From assembly GCA_963816145.1 (NCBI GenBank), contig CAWFJP010000013.1, positions 171,734 through 235,733 on the forward strand: a DNA stretch of 64,000 bases, in the 5' to 3' direction. The notes below the pieces were generated by a model, which saw only the letters and a list, made by a program, of their open reading frames with translations, made no database searches and was not told the origin of the DNA. The position numbers and the translations under genes were made by a program. Below, one piece after another: positions 1 to 10,456 of the stretch. Every line of letters begins with the position of its first letter. Positions within the stretch are counted from its first letter, which is position 1. This DNA comes from an uncultured delta proteobacterium (GTDB lineage Bacteria; Desulfobacterota; Binatia; UBA9968).

Positions 1-2375
1 CGGTTTGCCAAGTTCTGGCGCAACCGCTTGAGCTGAATGTCGACGATCGACTTGATCTCGTCGCGGCCGAGGCTGCTAAAAATGATCGTCTCGTCGACCC
101 GGTTCAAAAATTCCGGCTTGAAGGCTTCGCGCAGGGCGTTGCCGACGAGCTGTTCCATCTGCTTGCGATCTTTTTTGCCGCCCAGTTCTTGTATGAACTG
201 GCTGCCGAGATTCGAAGTCATGATGATGACGGTATTCTTGAAATCGACGGTGCGTCCCTGGCCGTCGGTCATGCGGCCGTCTTCGAGCACCTGCAAGAGC
301 GCATTGAACACGTCGGGGTGGGCCTTCTCGATTTCATCGAAGAGCACCACGGAGTAAGGCCGGCGGCGCACCGCTTCGGTCAGTTGTCCGCCCTCATCAT
401 AGCCGACGTAGCCTGGAGGGGCGCCGATCAGCCGCGATACGGAGTGTTTTTCCATATACTCCGACATATCGAGGCGGACCATCGCCTGTTCGTCGTCGAA
501 GAGAAACTCGGCCAATGCCCGGCAAAGTTCGGTTTTACCGACCCCGGTAGGTCCGAGAAAGATAAACGAGCCGATCGGCCGATTCTGATCCTGCAGGCCG
601 GCGCGGGCTCGGCGCACAGCATTGGACACGGCGATGATCGCATTTTCCTGGCCGACCACGCGGAGCTTCAACCGGTCTTCCATCTTGAGCAGCTTCTGCA
701 CCTCGCCTTCGAGCATCTTCGAAACTGGAATGCCGGTCCATTTGGCGACCACTTCGGCGATGTCCTCGGCGTCGACTTCTTCCTTGAGCATCTTTTGATG
801 GGTTTGCAATTCGGCGAGTTTCCGATTGACGGCTTCGCTTTCTTTCTGCAGTTGGCTCAAGGTGCCGTAGCGCAGCTCGGCGGCCTTGTTGAGATCGCCT
901 ACCCGTTGAGCTTTTTGTTCTTCGATTTTGGTCGCTTCGATCTTTTCTTTGATCGCGCGCAGCTGTTGGATCGCCGCTTTTTCATTCTGCCAATGGGCTT
1001 TGAGGCCGGTCGAAGTCTCTTTCAAATTGTGAATTTCCTGTTCGAGGTGAGCCAAGCGCTCCTTCGAGGCTTTGTCCTCTTCACGCTTGAGCGCCTGGCG
1101 TTCGATTTCCAGCTGCATGATTTTGCGCTCGACCTCGTCGATCTCGATGGGCATGCTGTCGATTTCAATTCTCAATCGCGAGGCTGCTTCATCGATTAAA
1201 TCGATGGCTTTGTCCGGCAAGAAGCGGTCGCTGATATAGCGGTGCGACAACGTCGCCGCGGCGATGATCGCCGGGTCGGTAATGCGCACGCCATGATGGA
1301 CTTCGTAGCGTTCCTTCAAGCCGCGCAGGATGGCGATGGTGTCTTCAACCGAAGGCTCGCCGACGTAGACTTGTTGAAAGCGCCGTTCCAGCGCCGGATC
1401 CTTTTCCACTCGTTTGCGGTATTCGTCCAGGGTTGTCGCCCCGACGCAGCGCAGCTCGCCGCGCGCCAACGCCGGCTTTAACATGTTCGACGCGTCCATG
1501 GCGCCTTCGGCCGCGCCGGCGCCAACCAGCGTGTGCAGCTCATCGATGAACAACACGATCTGGCCGTTGGCTTCGGTGACTTCTTTCAATACGGCTTTGA
1601 GCCGGTCTTCAAACTCGCCGCGAAATTTTGCCCCGGCGACCAGGGCGCTGAGGTCCAGAGAGATCAGCTTTTTGTCCTTCAATCCTTCGGGCACATCGCC
1701 GTTGACGATGCGCAACGCGAGGCCTTCGACGATGGCGGTTTTGCCGACGCCCGGTTCGCCGATCAGCACCGGATTGTTCTTGGTGCGGCGCGACAACACT
1801 TGGATGACCCGGCGAATTTCATCGTCACGGCCGATCACCGGATCGAGCTTGCCCTTGCGCGCCAGGTCGGTGAGGTCGCGGCCGTACTTTTCCAACGCTT
1901 GATATTTTTCTTCTGGATTCGGATCGGTGATGCGCTGGGAGCCGCGAATGCTGACCAGGGCGCCGAGAATTTTATCCCGGGTCGCGCCTAGCTCTTTGAG
2001 AACTTTACCGGTTTCACCTGTGTCTTGCACCATGGCGAGGAGCAAATGCTCGGTGGAAACATAATCGTCTTTTAGTGTTTCCGCTTCGGCTTCGGCGCTT
2101 TCGATGATTTTCTTGAGCCGTGGCGTGATATAGCTTTGCCCGCTGGTGCCGGTCACTTGGGGCAGGCGGTCCAGGGCCTTTTGCAGCCGGTCGGTCAACT
2201 GGGTCAGCGGCACGCCGAGTTTTTGCAGCAACGACAAGACCACCCCTTCCTTCTGTCCTAACAGTGAAAAAAGCAGGTGTTCGGCGTCGAGGGCCTGGTG
2301 GTTGCGCTTGTCGGCAAGGGATTGGGCTTCGCGCAATGCTTCTTGGGATTTGGTGGTTAGTTTTTCTAAACGCAT
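1..2375 (-). CDS. clpB: ATP-dependent chaperone ClpB (3' end outside window)
   Basis: Manual translation of the minus strand from ATG at 2375: [18 protein letters not shown]..., [18 protein letters not shown] (Walker A 1), [19 protein letters not shown], coiled-coil M-domain, [11 protein letters not shown] (Walker A 2), DEIEKAH. Missing from the ORF track because it is open-ended. Confidence 0.96.
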   Translation of the reverse strand, partial: MRLEKLTTKSQEALREAQSLADKRNHQALDAEHLLFSLLGQKEGVVLSLLQKLGVPLTQLTDRLQKALDRLPQVTGTSGQSYITPRLKKIIESAEAEAETLKDDYVSTEHLLLAMVQDTGETGKVLKELGATRDKILGALVSIRGSQRITDPNPEEKYQALEKYGRDLTDLARKGKLDPVIGRDDEIRRVIQVLSRRTKNNPVLIGEPGVGKTAIVEGLALRIVNGDVPEGLKDKKLISLDLSALVAGAKFRGEFEDRLKAVLKEVTEANGQIVLFIDELHTLVGAGAAEGAMDASNMLKPALARGELRCVGATTLDEYRKRVEKDPALERRFQQVYVGEPSVEDTIAILRGLKERYEVHHGVRITDPAIIAAATLSHRYISDRFLPDKAIDLIDEAASRLRIEIDSMPIEIDEVERKIMQLEIERQALKREEDKASKERLAHLEQEIHNLKETSTGLKAHWQNEKAAIQQLRAIKEKIEATKIEEQKAQRVGDLNKAAELRYGTLSQLQKESEAVNRKLAELQTHQKMLKEEVDAEDIAEVVAKWTGIPVSKMLEGEVQKLLKMEDRLKLRVVGQENAIIAVSNAVRRARAGLQDQNRPIGSFIFLGPTGVGKTELCRALAEFLFDDEQAMVRLDMSEYMEKHSVSRLIGAPPGYVGYDEGGQLTEAVRRRPYSVVLFDEIEKAHPDVFNALLQVLEDGRMTDGQGRTVDFKNTVIIMTSNLGSQFIQELGGKKDRKQMEQLVGNALREAFKPEFLNRVDETIIFSSLGRDEIKSIVDIQLKRLRQNLAN

Positions 2376-2533
2376 ATATTTCTCCGCTGCTGAGACCTCG
2401 TCGCAATGGCGAGAACTCCGCTACCTGCAATCCTGAGTTTAGCAAAGGACTTAGTCTTGTCGCCTACTTACGAAATCGGGATTTCTCGGTTTCGTGTCGG
2501 CTTGACAGTTACGACAACGTCTCTGTTCGTCGG

Positions 2534-2562
2534 AAGTTAAGCATCGTTGGGCGGAGTGTCAA
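2534..2562 (-). promoter_or_regulatory. Putative sigma70-type promoter of clpB
   Basis: Minus strand reads TTGACA-N17-TAACTT, about 160 bp upstream of the clpB ATG. Confidence 0.45.
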
Positions 2563-2622
2563 GAAAACTATCGGCACTGGGAGTAGCCGCAACCCGGGGG
2601 AAATTTAAGCGCTTGCCGGCCG

Positions 2623-3405
2623 CTAGTTTCGCGGCTTGGTTGGATCGAAGTATTCGAACATCGGCGCCGGTGAACTTGCCGCAGCCGGCGCCGATTCGGG
2701 CCGGTCAATGACAATTCCCCGGTCCTGCTGCAGCGTGAACTTATGTTTTACGGGTGTGATGGCGACACCGCGCATTTTCTTAACGGTCACGGTGCGCTCA
2801 TAGCCGGCTGCGCTTTCGGTCATCTTAAAGATTAACACGCCAGCGGCGAGATGCTCTTCGATCCCAACAGTGGCACTCTGCGCGCCGTCGGGGCAGCGCT
2901 GCGCGGTGAAAAGGTTGGTGACGCCGATTTGAGTTTGCACCAATTGAATCAGCGAGCGCGCTTGGTCCTGTGGTGGACTGGTCACGTCCGGGGGGAGGAT
3001 GAACGGTGTTACCGGATCGATAATCAGCAGCGTCGCGCCCAACCGTCTGACATAGTTGCCAAGATCGGCGACGATTTTTTGTGGATCGATGCCTTTTTCG
3101 CCGCCGCCGCGGGCGCCGAAATAAGGCGCGGCGTCGAGGACGATCAATTGTTTGTCTTGGATATAGGGTTGCAGGTTCCAGCCCAAAGCTGCGGCGGACT
3201 CCAAGATCTCCGAAGGCCGCTCATCGACGGTAACGTAGACCGCCTTATCGCCCTCTTTCAGGCGAATTGCGACGAACTGCAAACAGGCGATGGTTTTGCC
3301 CGTGCCCGCTTCGCCGGCGAACAGATACGTGCGTCCGCGGTTGAACCCACCATTCAGCAATGTATCCAAGCCGGCGATGCCGGTGGAGATTCGCTCGTTG
3401 CTCAT
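2623..3405 (-). CDS. Single-domain KaiC/RAD55-family ATPase
   Basis: Likely start MSNERISTGIAGLD; Walker A GEAGTGKT, YVTVDE, LIIDP, GIEEH, KKMRG arginine-finger motif. Confidence 0.88.
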   Translation of the reverse strand: MSNERISTGIAGLDTLLNGGFNRGRTYLFAGEAGTGKTIACLQFVAIRLKEGDKAVYVTVDERPSEILESAAALGWNLQPYIQDKQLIVLDAAPYFGARGGGEKGIDPQKIVADLGNYVRRLGATLLIIDPVTPFILPPDVTSPPQDQARSLIQLVQTQIGVTNLFTAQRCPDGAQSATVGIEEHLAAGVLIFKMTESAAGYERTVTVKKMRGVAITPVKHKFTLQQDRGIVIDRPESAPAAASSPAPMFEYFDPTKPRN

Positions 3406-3428
3406 AGGGAAAGATGTCCCGCGACCGG

Positions 3429-4157
3429 CTAACGTGTCGGCTGAATCACTAAACCTTCGCCCTTGACGATGTCGAACTCCAATTGCGTCGGCTTGACGTT
3501 GGTGCAGCGCATTTTTTCGACGATCAGGCTGCGCGCCAGCTGGCCATCGTTGCGCCAAATCATTTCCAGGACGATGGCCCCCGCGACCATATATTCTTCG
3601 ACGCCATGCATGCTGCGCTCGCCGGTTCGCGGCACGGCGTAGGAAGTGAGAACGTTGGTGGTGGCCATCGAAGAACGCAGCAATTTGATCAGTAAGCGGC
3701 TCTGATCCTGGATCCGTGTTGCGACGTCGCGCAATAGGACAAACGGTCCGGCGGGATCGAGGACCAAACGCTCGGCACTGACTTGATTGACGAAGGCGGC
3801 CAAGTCGCTCACCGCTTTTTGCAGGTCGATCTGGCGTTCGCGGCCGGTACCGGGAAGCGAACTCAAGTAAGTCCCGGCGTTAAGGATCGCCAACTCTTTG
3901 GTCTCGACATAGCGCTCGAAGTCCCAACCGAGGGAAGCCGCCTGTTCGAGGATGTCCAGCGGGCCTTCGTCGGCGGTAACGAAGACACCTTTCTCACCGC
4001 GCGCCAGTCCCTCGGCGAGAAACTGCAGGGCGAAGATGGTCTTGCCGGTTCCCGGCTCGCCGGTCACAAGAATCGAACGACCCTTGGGAAAGCCGCCTTC
4101 GATCAATGGGTCCAAGCCCTTGATCCCACTGGTTACCCGTTCTGTTTGTATCATCAT
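3429..4157 (-). CDS. Single-domain KaiC/RAD55-family ATPase
   Basis: RVTSGIKGLD...GGFP, Walker A GEPGTGKT, FVTADE, LVLDP, HGVEEY, EKMRC. Confidence 0.9.
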   Translation of the reverse strand: MMIQTERVTSGIKGLDPLIEGGFPKGRSILVTGEPGTGKTIFALQFLAEGLARGEKGVFVTADEGPLDILEQAASLGWDFERYVETKELAILNAGTYLSSLPGTGRERQIDLQKAVSDLAAFVNQVSAERLVLDPAGPFVLLRDVATRIQDQSRLLIKLLRSSMATTNVLTSYAVPRTGERSMHGVEEYMVAGAIVLEMIWRNDGQLARSLIVEKMRCTNVKPTQLEFDIVKGEGLVIQPTR

Positions 4158-4232
4158 CGTCCTTCGCTTTGCTGCTGTTTTTGCGTCACGGTTCGATCGC
4201 CTTGCGGTTGCTACGGCATATTCTCGAAGGTG

Positions 4233-7200
4233 CTATGAGCGCCAGCGCCGTTTCCAGCCAAAACCGCTTTGCCAACGCCGTCCTGACGGCGCTGGATAGC
4301 TGGTATCGTCGCCGGAGCGGACCGCTTTGGCCAGGTCATCGAGTTTGCGCAATTGTTCCCGCTGTGCCTCGGTCAAGTTAGGTTCGCCCATGACAAATGC
4401 GCCGTCGACCGGTGCGGCTGGGTGTTCCTTCTCCGCAAGCTGTTGGCGCAAGGATTCGATTTGTTGGCGATGTTCTTGCTCTATCCCGGCAATGATCGCC
4501 TGGCGCTCTTCCAGAGCCCATTCTTTTTGACTGAGTTCGGCTTGCAGCAGGGCCAATTGCGCCTGGTATTCCGTACGCATGCGCTCGGCATCGTCGCTGG
4601 CACTGCTTTCGGCTTGAATGGCGTTTGTCTGCAGCTGCGTGAAGCGCTCGCTCAAGCTGTCCAGTTCACCTTTAACCCGCACCAACTCGTCGTTGCGGTT
4701 ATGCAGAATTTGATTGCGTTCTTGGGCTTCGCCGATCAGCCGGTCGATCTGGCTACGGAGCGCCTGCTCGATGTCGGAACTAATGCCGACGCGGTCGTGA
4801 AGCTGGGCGGCGTTATCGGCGAGCTCGTGGCTGAGCGCATCGACCCGCGCTTGATATTCTTGGCGCAGTTGTTCGGTCCGGCTGTTGGCGCTTAGTTCAC
4901 CCTGCTGCAACGCGGCTTGCAGTTCTTCGACGCGGCCTTGCAATAGGGAGATTTGCGCTTGCGCCTGGTCGATTTCCCGCCGCCGTTCTTCACTGGACCT
5001 TTGAATTTCGCTCAGATTGGCTTCAAGTTGTTCAACCTGGCTGCGATGACGCGCGGCCAGGTCATCGATGGCCGATTGTTGTTTCATTGCGGCCGCGGAT
5101 TTCTGTTGTAGCTCGTCGCGCAGGCTCGCGAGGTCGCTCTCCAGACTAGATTTGGCCTGGCTGATTTCGCGCGCTTCGCTTTCGGTGCGCGCGGTGAACG
5201 ATTCCAACTGCATGATGCGATTCTGAACCGCCGTCATTTCCGCGCGGAGGCGGTCGAGTTCATCCTCACGGCTTTGCAGCGCCGCCGTGCGCGAGTGCAT
5301 TTCGTTATTGAGGCGGGTGATCTCGGCGCGCAGGCTTTCCTCGACGTTGGCCCGTACCGCGCCGCTCTTGGCCAACTCCGCCGACTTGGCGGCCAGCAAG
5401 GCGTTGGCGCTGTCCAAACGAACCGCGTATTCCTGGCGAATCTGTTCAACTTGGCTAGCGCCGGCAGCCTGGGTTTGCCGCAGTTCGGCACGGAGTTCTT
5501 CGACCTGCTGCTGCGAGGCGTCAGCTTGACTGAGAGCTTGCTCCAGTTCGCGAGTCTGCCGTTCGGTGACCGGTTGTGACTCGCTTAGCCGCGCTTCCAA
5601 TTTTCGGATTTGCTCGCGGTGGACCTGTGCGAGGTTTTCGACACTCGCCTGCTGCTGTGCCAGCGACCAGGCTTTTTGCTGCAACTCGCCGCGCAGCTCA
5701 GTGAGTTCGGTTTCCAAGGCTTTGCGCACCTCCGCGAGTTCGCTGGCAGCCTCCGCCTTGCTCCTGTCATGGAGCGTTTCGATCTCTTTGAGAGAACTGC
5801 GCAATCGGGCGTGATCGGAATCGATCGCCGCCTTGGCGGCTTCACTGCTTTGCAGAAGCTCTTCAATTTCGGCTGTACGGTTTTTCGCTTCTTGGAGTTC
5901 GCCACGCAGGCCGGCGTTGGCGCCGCGTGCCTGGTCGAGCTGAACCTCCAACGCGGTCTGGGCGCGGGAGAGCTCTTCGCGTGCGGCGCTTAACTGAGCG
6001 ATCTGGTTGTTGTGTTGGGCCTCGGTGTTTTGCCAGAGGCCCAGAGCCTGCGCATAATGGTCGTCTTTTTCGCTGAGCTGCTCGCTCAGTTGACTGACGG
6101 TCGTTCTTAGGTCGCCGATTTCGTTAGCCCGGCTGTCGGCCAACAACTGTTTCTCGGCCAATTGTAGCTGGAGCTCGTTGACCCGGTTGGACAGTTGTTC
6201 GCTCTGACCGGTGGCGCTTGCGCGCAAGCCTTCGATCTCGTTATCCTTTTGTCTGAGCTCGGCTTCGAGGGCTTCACGGCTCGTGGCGAGCTCGGCATGG
6301 GCTTGGCGTACTTCGTCGCCGGCGCTCGCAGCAGAGCTGCGTTCCTGGGCCAGCTGCTGGTGCAGCGTGGCGATTTCCACGCCCAGGCGCGCTTCGAGGT
6401 CAGCGAAAGCGCGTTCACGCTCAGCGACTTGTAACCGCAAGTTTTCAACTTGCTGGGACAGCTGTTCGGTTTGTTTTGCAGTGTTTGCGCGCAGGCTGTC
6501 GATTTCGTTATCTTTGAGTTTGAGCTGAGCGTCGAGTCGTTCGCGGGTTGCATTGAGCTCAGCATGGGATTGTAGAAGCTCCTTGCTAGCCGTTGTCGCG
6601 CTGTTGCGTTCTTGCGCCAGCTGCTGGTGCAGCGTGGCAATTTCCACGCCCAGGCGCGCTTCGAGATCGGCGGCGCTCCGTTGACGCTCAGCGAGTTGCA
6701 ATCGCAAGTCGTCAACCTGCTTGGCCAGCTCTTCGGTTTGGCCTGCGGCGTTTGCGCGCAGGCTGTCGATTTCGCTGTCTTTGACTTTGAGCTGGACGGC
6801 GAGTGCTTCACGGGCTGCCGCGAATTCGGCTTGGCGTTGAACCAGCTCTTCCTGGGCGTGACCGGCGGCGCTCCGTTCTCGCGCCAATTGCTGGTGTAGC
6901 GCCTCAATTTCTGCGCGCAAGCGCGCGTCGAGGTCGGCGACGTGGCGCTCACGCTCGGAAAGTTGTTGCGCCAACTCGCCAACACGGTGTGACAGCTGCT
7001 CGGTTTCCTTGCTGGCGCTTGCGCGCAGATCGTCAATTTCGTTTTCTTTTTGGGCCAGCTGGGCCGCGAGTTGTTCGCGCGTCGCGGCGAGCGCGGCGTG
7101 AGCTTGGCGTACTTCGTCATTGGCGCTTGCAGCAGCGCTGCGTTCTTGCTCCAGCTGCTGTTGCAGGGTGGCGATTTCCGCGCCTAAGTTTGCTTCGATT

Positions 7201-8558
7201 TCACCGATGGCCCGCTCTCGCCCGGCCAGCAGGTACTCCTTCTGTGCCAAGTCGGCGCGCAGGCGAATGAGATCGTTTTCCAGTTGCTGCCGGGCGCTAT
7301 CGAGCAGACTGATGTCGGATTGAGCGCGTTCCAAATCAACGATGCGGCTTTGCAGGGCAGCGGTCTCGGCGCGGTGGCTTTGCAGCTCCGCTTCATGGGC
7401 GGTCGAGGCTTCATGCGCGCGGGCGAGTTCCTGTTGCAGCGCCTGAATGCGCCCGTGCAAGGCGAGCTCGACGGCGGTTACCGCTTCGTAGCGGTGCGTC
7501 AGTTCTTTTTCCTTGACCTCAACTTCATGCTGAAGATTCGCCACCTCTTCGGCCAGGGCGCGGCGAATACTATCGATCTCTGCGCCGGCGGCCGCGGCCT
7601 GGCGGTGCGCCAATTCTAGATCGGCAACTCGCTGTTGGAGGGCGGCGATCTGTGTCCCGGCGGCGCGCAATTCGTCGTCACGAACCGCCAGATAGGCTTG
7701 TTTTTGCTCCAGCTCGTTGCGCAGTGTGGCGATCTCGCTTCTCAGGCCGCGCTCGATTTCCAACAATGAGGTCTGGCTCTCCACGACCGTGCGGTCGCGT
7801 TCGGCCAGGGTGGTGCGCAGGCTCACCAATTCGCTTTCAAAACGGCCACGCGCCTGTTCGAGTTCGCGCGCCGCGTTCGCTTGCAGCTCATCTTGGAGCG
7901 CTTCGAGCGACCCCAGATGCTGGCGCAGCGCCGCGATCTCTTGTTGAGCCTTGCGCAACTCATCGGCGGTGCCGAAGGCGTTGGCTTGGTGCTCCGCGAC
8001 TTGGTTTTCCAGCCGCTGCAACTGTTCGCGCAGGCCGCTTTCGATTTCCCGCCCGGCCAGTTGCTGTTGGTGAAACTCGCGTCGGTTTTTCGCCAATTCT
8101 TGATTGAGAGCAGCGATCTCCGCGCTAAGGCTTTCCCTGATCGCGTTGGTCTCGCGGGCGGCGCGCACGGCCGCGTTATTCTCGCCTTCGAGCTGGTTGA
8201 TGCGGTTTTGCAGCGCGATGATTTCGCTACTGGAGCGCTGGAGTCCGGCCTCATGTCCGGATAGGAGCTGTTGTTTCTCGTTGAGCTCGCGCTGGAGCTG
8301 CTCGACGGTTGAGCTCAGATTGCGGTCGACGGCGACGACTGGGCGCTCTTGCAGTTGTTTTTCTTTGGCGGCGAGATCGGCGCGCAGGATTGCCAGCTCG
8401 GATTCATAGTTCTCATGAAGGCGCGCTTTTTCATTCGCCGCGGTGGCCTGCGCTTGCTTGAGGTAGAGCTCCATCAGGCGAGTCTGCGCCAACAGGATGT
8501 CTATCTCGTTTAGCAGAAGAATCGCCGGATCGCTCTTTTGATATTTGGGTGTGTCCAT
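4233..8558 (-). CDS. Very long (1441 aa) coiled-coil protein with internal repeats
   Basis: Continuous E/Q/L/A/R-rich heptad pattern; no Walker A or SMC hinge; basic/Trp C-terminal tail RRWQSGFGWKRRWRS. Confidence 0.85.
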   Translation of the reverse strand: MDTPKYQKSDPAILLLNEIDILLAQTRLMELYLKQAQATAANEKARLHENYESELAILRADLAAKEKQLQERPVVAVDRNLSSTVEQLQRELNEKQQLLSGHEAGLQRSSSEIIALQNRINQLEGENNAAVRAARETNAIRESLSAEIAALNQELAKNRREFHQQQLAGREIESGLREQLQRLENQVAEHQANAFGTADELRKAQQEIAALRQHLGSLEALQDELQANAARELEQARGRFESELVSLRTTLAERDRTVVESQTSLLEIERGLRSEIATLRNELEQKQAYLAVRDDELRAAGTQIAALQQRVADLELAHRQAAAAGAEIDSIRRALAEEVANLQHEVEVKEKELTHRYEAVTAVELALHGRIQALQQELARAHEASTAHEAELQSHRAETAALQSRIVDLERAQSDISLLDSARQQLENDLIRLRADLAQKEYLLAGRERAIGEIEANLGAEIATLQQQLEQERSAAASANDEVRQAHAALAATREQLAAQLAQKENEIDDLRASASKETEQLSHRVGELAQQLSERERHVADLDARLRAEIEALHQQLARERSAAGHAQEELVQRQAEFAAAREALAVQLKVKDSEIDSLRANAAGQTEELAKQVDDLRLQLAERQRSAADLEARLGVEIATLHQQLAQERNSATTASKELLQSHAELNATRERLDAQLKLKDNEIDSLRANTAKQTEQLSQQVENLRLQVAERERAFADLEARLGVEIATLHQQLAQERSSAASAGDEVRQAHAELATSREALEAELRQKDNEIEGLRASATGQSEQLSNRVNELQLQLAEKQLLADSRANEIGDLRTTVSQLSEQLSEKDDHYAQALGLWQNTEAQHNNQIAQLSAAREELSRAQTALEVQLDQARGANAGLRGELQEAKNRTAEIEELLQSSEAAKAAIDSDHARLRSSLKEIETLHDRSKAEAASELAEVRKALETELTELRGELQQKAWSLAQQQASVENLAQVHREQIRKLEARLSESQPVTERQTRELEQALSQADASQQQVEELRAELRQTQAAGASQVEQIRQEYAVRLDSANALLAAKSAELAKSGAVRANVEESLRAEITRLNNEMHSRTAALQSREDELDRLRAEMTAVQNRIMQLESFTARTESEAREISQAKSSLESDLASLRDELQQKSAAAMKQQSAIDDLAARHRSQVEQLEANLSEIQRSSEERRREIDQAQAQISLLQGRVEELQAALQQGELSANSRTEQLRQEYQARVDALSHELADNAAQLHDRVGISSDIEQALRSQIDRLIGEAQERNQILHNRNDELVRVKGELDSLSERFTQLQTNAIQAESSASDDAERMRTEYQAQLALLQAELSQKEWALEERQAIIAGIEQEHRQQIESLRQQLAEKEHPAAPVDGAFVMGEPNLTEAQREQLRKLDDLAKAVRSGDDTSYPAPSGRRWQSGFGWKRRWRS
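6130..7200 (-). repeat. Four ~267-bp (89-aa) tandem repeats inside the coiled-coil gene
   Basis: Unit LG.EIATL.QQL..ER...EID.LRA recurs four times; gcaggctgtcgatttcg occurs at 6491 and 6758 (267 bp apart). Boundaries approximate. Confidence 0.85.
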
Positions 8559-8868
8559 AAATACCGCCCGCGCTTAGCCAAACGCTGGGTAAATCCTCAT
8601 CATTGGATGTACAGCTGTCGCTTCGCGCAAGAAGCATAGCCAAAAACATGCCATTGATAGAAACTAGAGTCGTTAAAAATCAGATAGTTATGATTATCCC
8701 GAAAGAGCAATTTAGCAAAGACTACTGCAAGACAGATGATTTCTGGACATATTCGGGAATTGCTGGACAAAAATGTCTTCGTGGGAGTCTGAACGCCTTC
8801 GTTTCTGTTCGGATGACGCCGGCGGCAAAATCGCGCATTCATAAGACCGTATTGTCCCATGCAGGGAT

Positions 8869-8897
8869 TTGAAATGCCGCTAGGCTGTCGTTAGAAT
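8869..8897 (+). promoter_or_regulatory. Putative sigma70 promoter of hisC (near-leaderless)
   Basis: TTGAAA-N17-TAGAAT ending 8 nt before the ATG at 8906; no Shine-Dalgarno sequence. Confidence 0.5.
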
Positions 8898-8905
8898 CCG
8901 GCGTC

Positions 8906-9961
8906 ATGGCCAATTACTTTCGTAGCAACATCCAGTTGATGTCGGGCTACGTGCCGGGCGAACAGCCGGGCGACGATGGTTTCATCAAACTCAACACCAA
9001 CGAAAATCCGTATCCACCATCGCCCAAAGTCTACGCCGCATTGCGTAGGGAGATCGGCGCTTCGCTGCGTCTCTATCCGCAGCCGATGAGCGATAGTCTC
9101 TGCGCTGCGGCGGCTGCCGCCTATGGGATCAAAAAAGAAACTATCATGGCCGGTAACGGTTCCGATGAGCTGCTGTCGATCATCCTGCGATGCTTCGTCG
9201 AAGTCGGCGACCGGGTTGCCTATGCGACACCGACCTATTCGCTTTACGATACCTTGGTCGAAATCCAAGCGGGAGTCGCTGTTCGAGTGCCATTCCCGGA
9301 AGATTTTGCCGTGCCGGAAGAGCTGGCGCGGCAAGACGCGCCGCTGACGATTCTCTGCAATCCCAATGCGCCGTCCGGGACGCTGGTGCCGTTGCCGGAA
9401 ATCGCCAAGCTCGCCCGCGAGGTTGCCGGCATACTCGTGGTCGACGAAGCCTATGTCGATTTCGCCGCCAGTGAAGGCGCCTCGGCGATTCCGCTGATCC
9501 CGCACTTGCCCAACCTGATCGTGCTGCGGACGTTGTCGAAGTCGTTTTCACTCGCCGGCATGCGCATCGGTCTTGCCTTTGCATCACCGGAGATTGTCGC
9601 CGGCATGCACAAGGTGCGCGATTCTTATAACCTCGATCGCATGAGCATCGCCGCCGGCACCGCGGCGCTCGAAGACCTGGCCTGGATGAAACGCAATGCC
9701 GCACGCATTCAGCGCAGCCGCCAGCGGCTCGCCAATGGGCTCAAGCGCTTGGGCTATCAGGTCTACCCGTCCCACACCAATTTCATTCTGGCGCGCCAGC
9801 GCGACAAAAATCTCAAACCGGTTTACGAGGAACTGAAGCGACGAAAGATTTTGGTGCGTTACTTCGACACGCCGGGTCTGCGCGACTGCTTGCGCATCAC
9901 GGTGGGCACGCCGAAGGAATTACGGGCTGTATTGAACGAGCTGGCGGCGCTCCCGGTGTAG
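8906..9961 (+). CDS. hisC: Histidinol-phosphate aminotransferase
   Basis: IKLNTNENPY, GNGSDE, CNPNAPSG, VDEAYVDF, RTLSKSFSLAGMRIG (PLP lysine), LRITVGT. Confidence 0.93.
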   Translation: MANYFRSNIQLMSGYVPGEQPGDDGFIKLNTNENPYPPSPKVYAALRREIGASLRLYPQPMSDSLCAAAAAAYGIKKETIMAGNGSDELLSIILRCFVEVGDRVAYATPTYSLYDTLVEIQAGVAVRVPFPEDFAVPEELARQDAPLTILCNPNAPSGTLVPLPEIAKLAREVAGILVVDEAYVDFAASEGASAIPLIPHLPNLIVLRTLSKSFSLAGMRIGLAFASPEIVAGMHKVRDSYNLDRMSIAAGTAALEDLAWMKRNAARIQRSRQRLANGLKRLGYQVYPSHTNFILARQRDKNLKPVYEELKRRKILVRYFDTPGLRDCLRITVGTPKELRAVLNELAALPV

Positions 9962-10000
9962 TCGCCAGAATCTACCGGCGCAGGCGAAAGGAGTTGGATT

Positions 10001-10414
10001 ATGGGCAAATTCAGAATTACCACGCTTGATCATATCGTACTCAACGTCGGCGACATTGATCGGGCGTTGCAGTTTTACACCGGAGTCTTGGGCTTGACGG
10101 GCGAGCGGGTGGAACTATTTAAGTCCGGCAAAGTCGGTTTTCCGTCCGTTCGCATCAACGACGACACGATCATCGATCTTTTCCCGCGCAAGACTTTCGA
10201 CGGTCGCTCGATTACGGAGAAGGTCGACGGCAATCTCAATCATGTTTGTTTGGTCGTTGATGCTGTTGACTTTGCTGGCGTCCTCGAAGACTTGAAGACA
10301 AACCGAATCGCGATTCGCGAGGGACCGGTGTCGCGTTGGGGCGCGCGGGGACAGGCGACTTCGGTGTATTTTCTCGATCCTGAAGGTAATGAAATAGAAA
10401 TTCGCTGCTACTGA
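10001..10414 (+). CDS. VOC/glyoxalase family protein
   Basis: LDHIVLNVGD...FY..VLG and SVYFLDPEGNEIE motifs; AGGAG RBS. Confidence 0.88.
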   Translation: MGKFRITTLDHIVLNVGDIDRALQFYTGVLGLTGERVELFKSGKVGFPSVRINDDTIIDLFPRKTFDGRSITEKVDGNLNHVCLVVDAVDFAGVLEDLKTNRIAIREGPVSRWGARGQATSVYFLDPEGNEIEIRCY

Positions 10415-10456
10415 AGCATGGAGTGATGCGGTCCAATCCTCGATTGCCGCAGCACG

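Noticed and set aside
37-2436. Plus-strand ORFs (e.g. 189-1199, 1533-1991)
   Set aside because: Antisense shadows of clpB, which is continuous on the minus strand.
2430-2565. CIRCE (HrcA) operator upstream of clpB
   Set aside because: Only a partial resemblance (TTGACACTC); no TTAGCACTC-N9-GAGTGCTAA inverted repeat.
2623-4157. Circadian kaiC or one frameshifted two-domain kaiC
   Set aside because: No kaiA/kaiB, no ST phosphosites; each ORF has its own start, stop and N-terminal TG.xGLD motif.
4233-8558. SMC or chromosome segregation protein
   Set aside because: No Walker A/B, signature motif or hinge; pure coiled coil.
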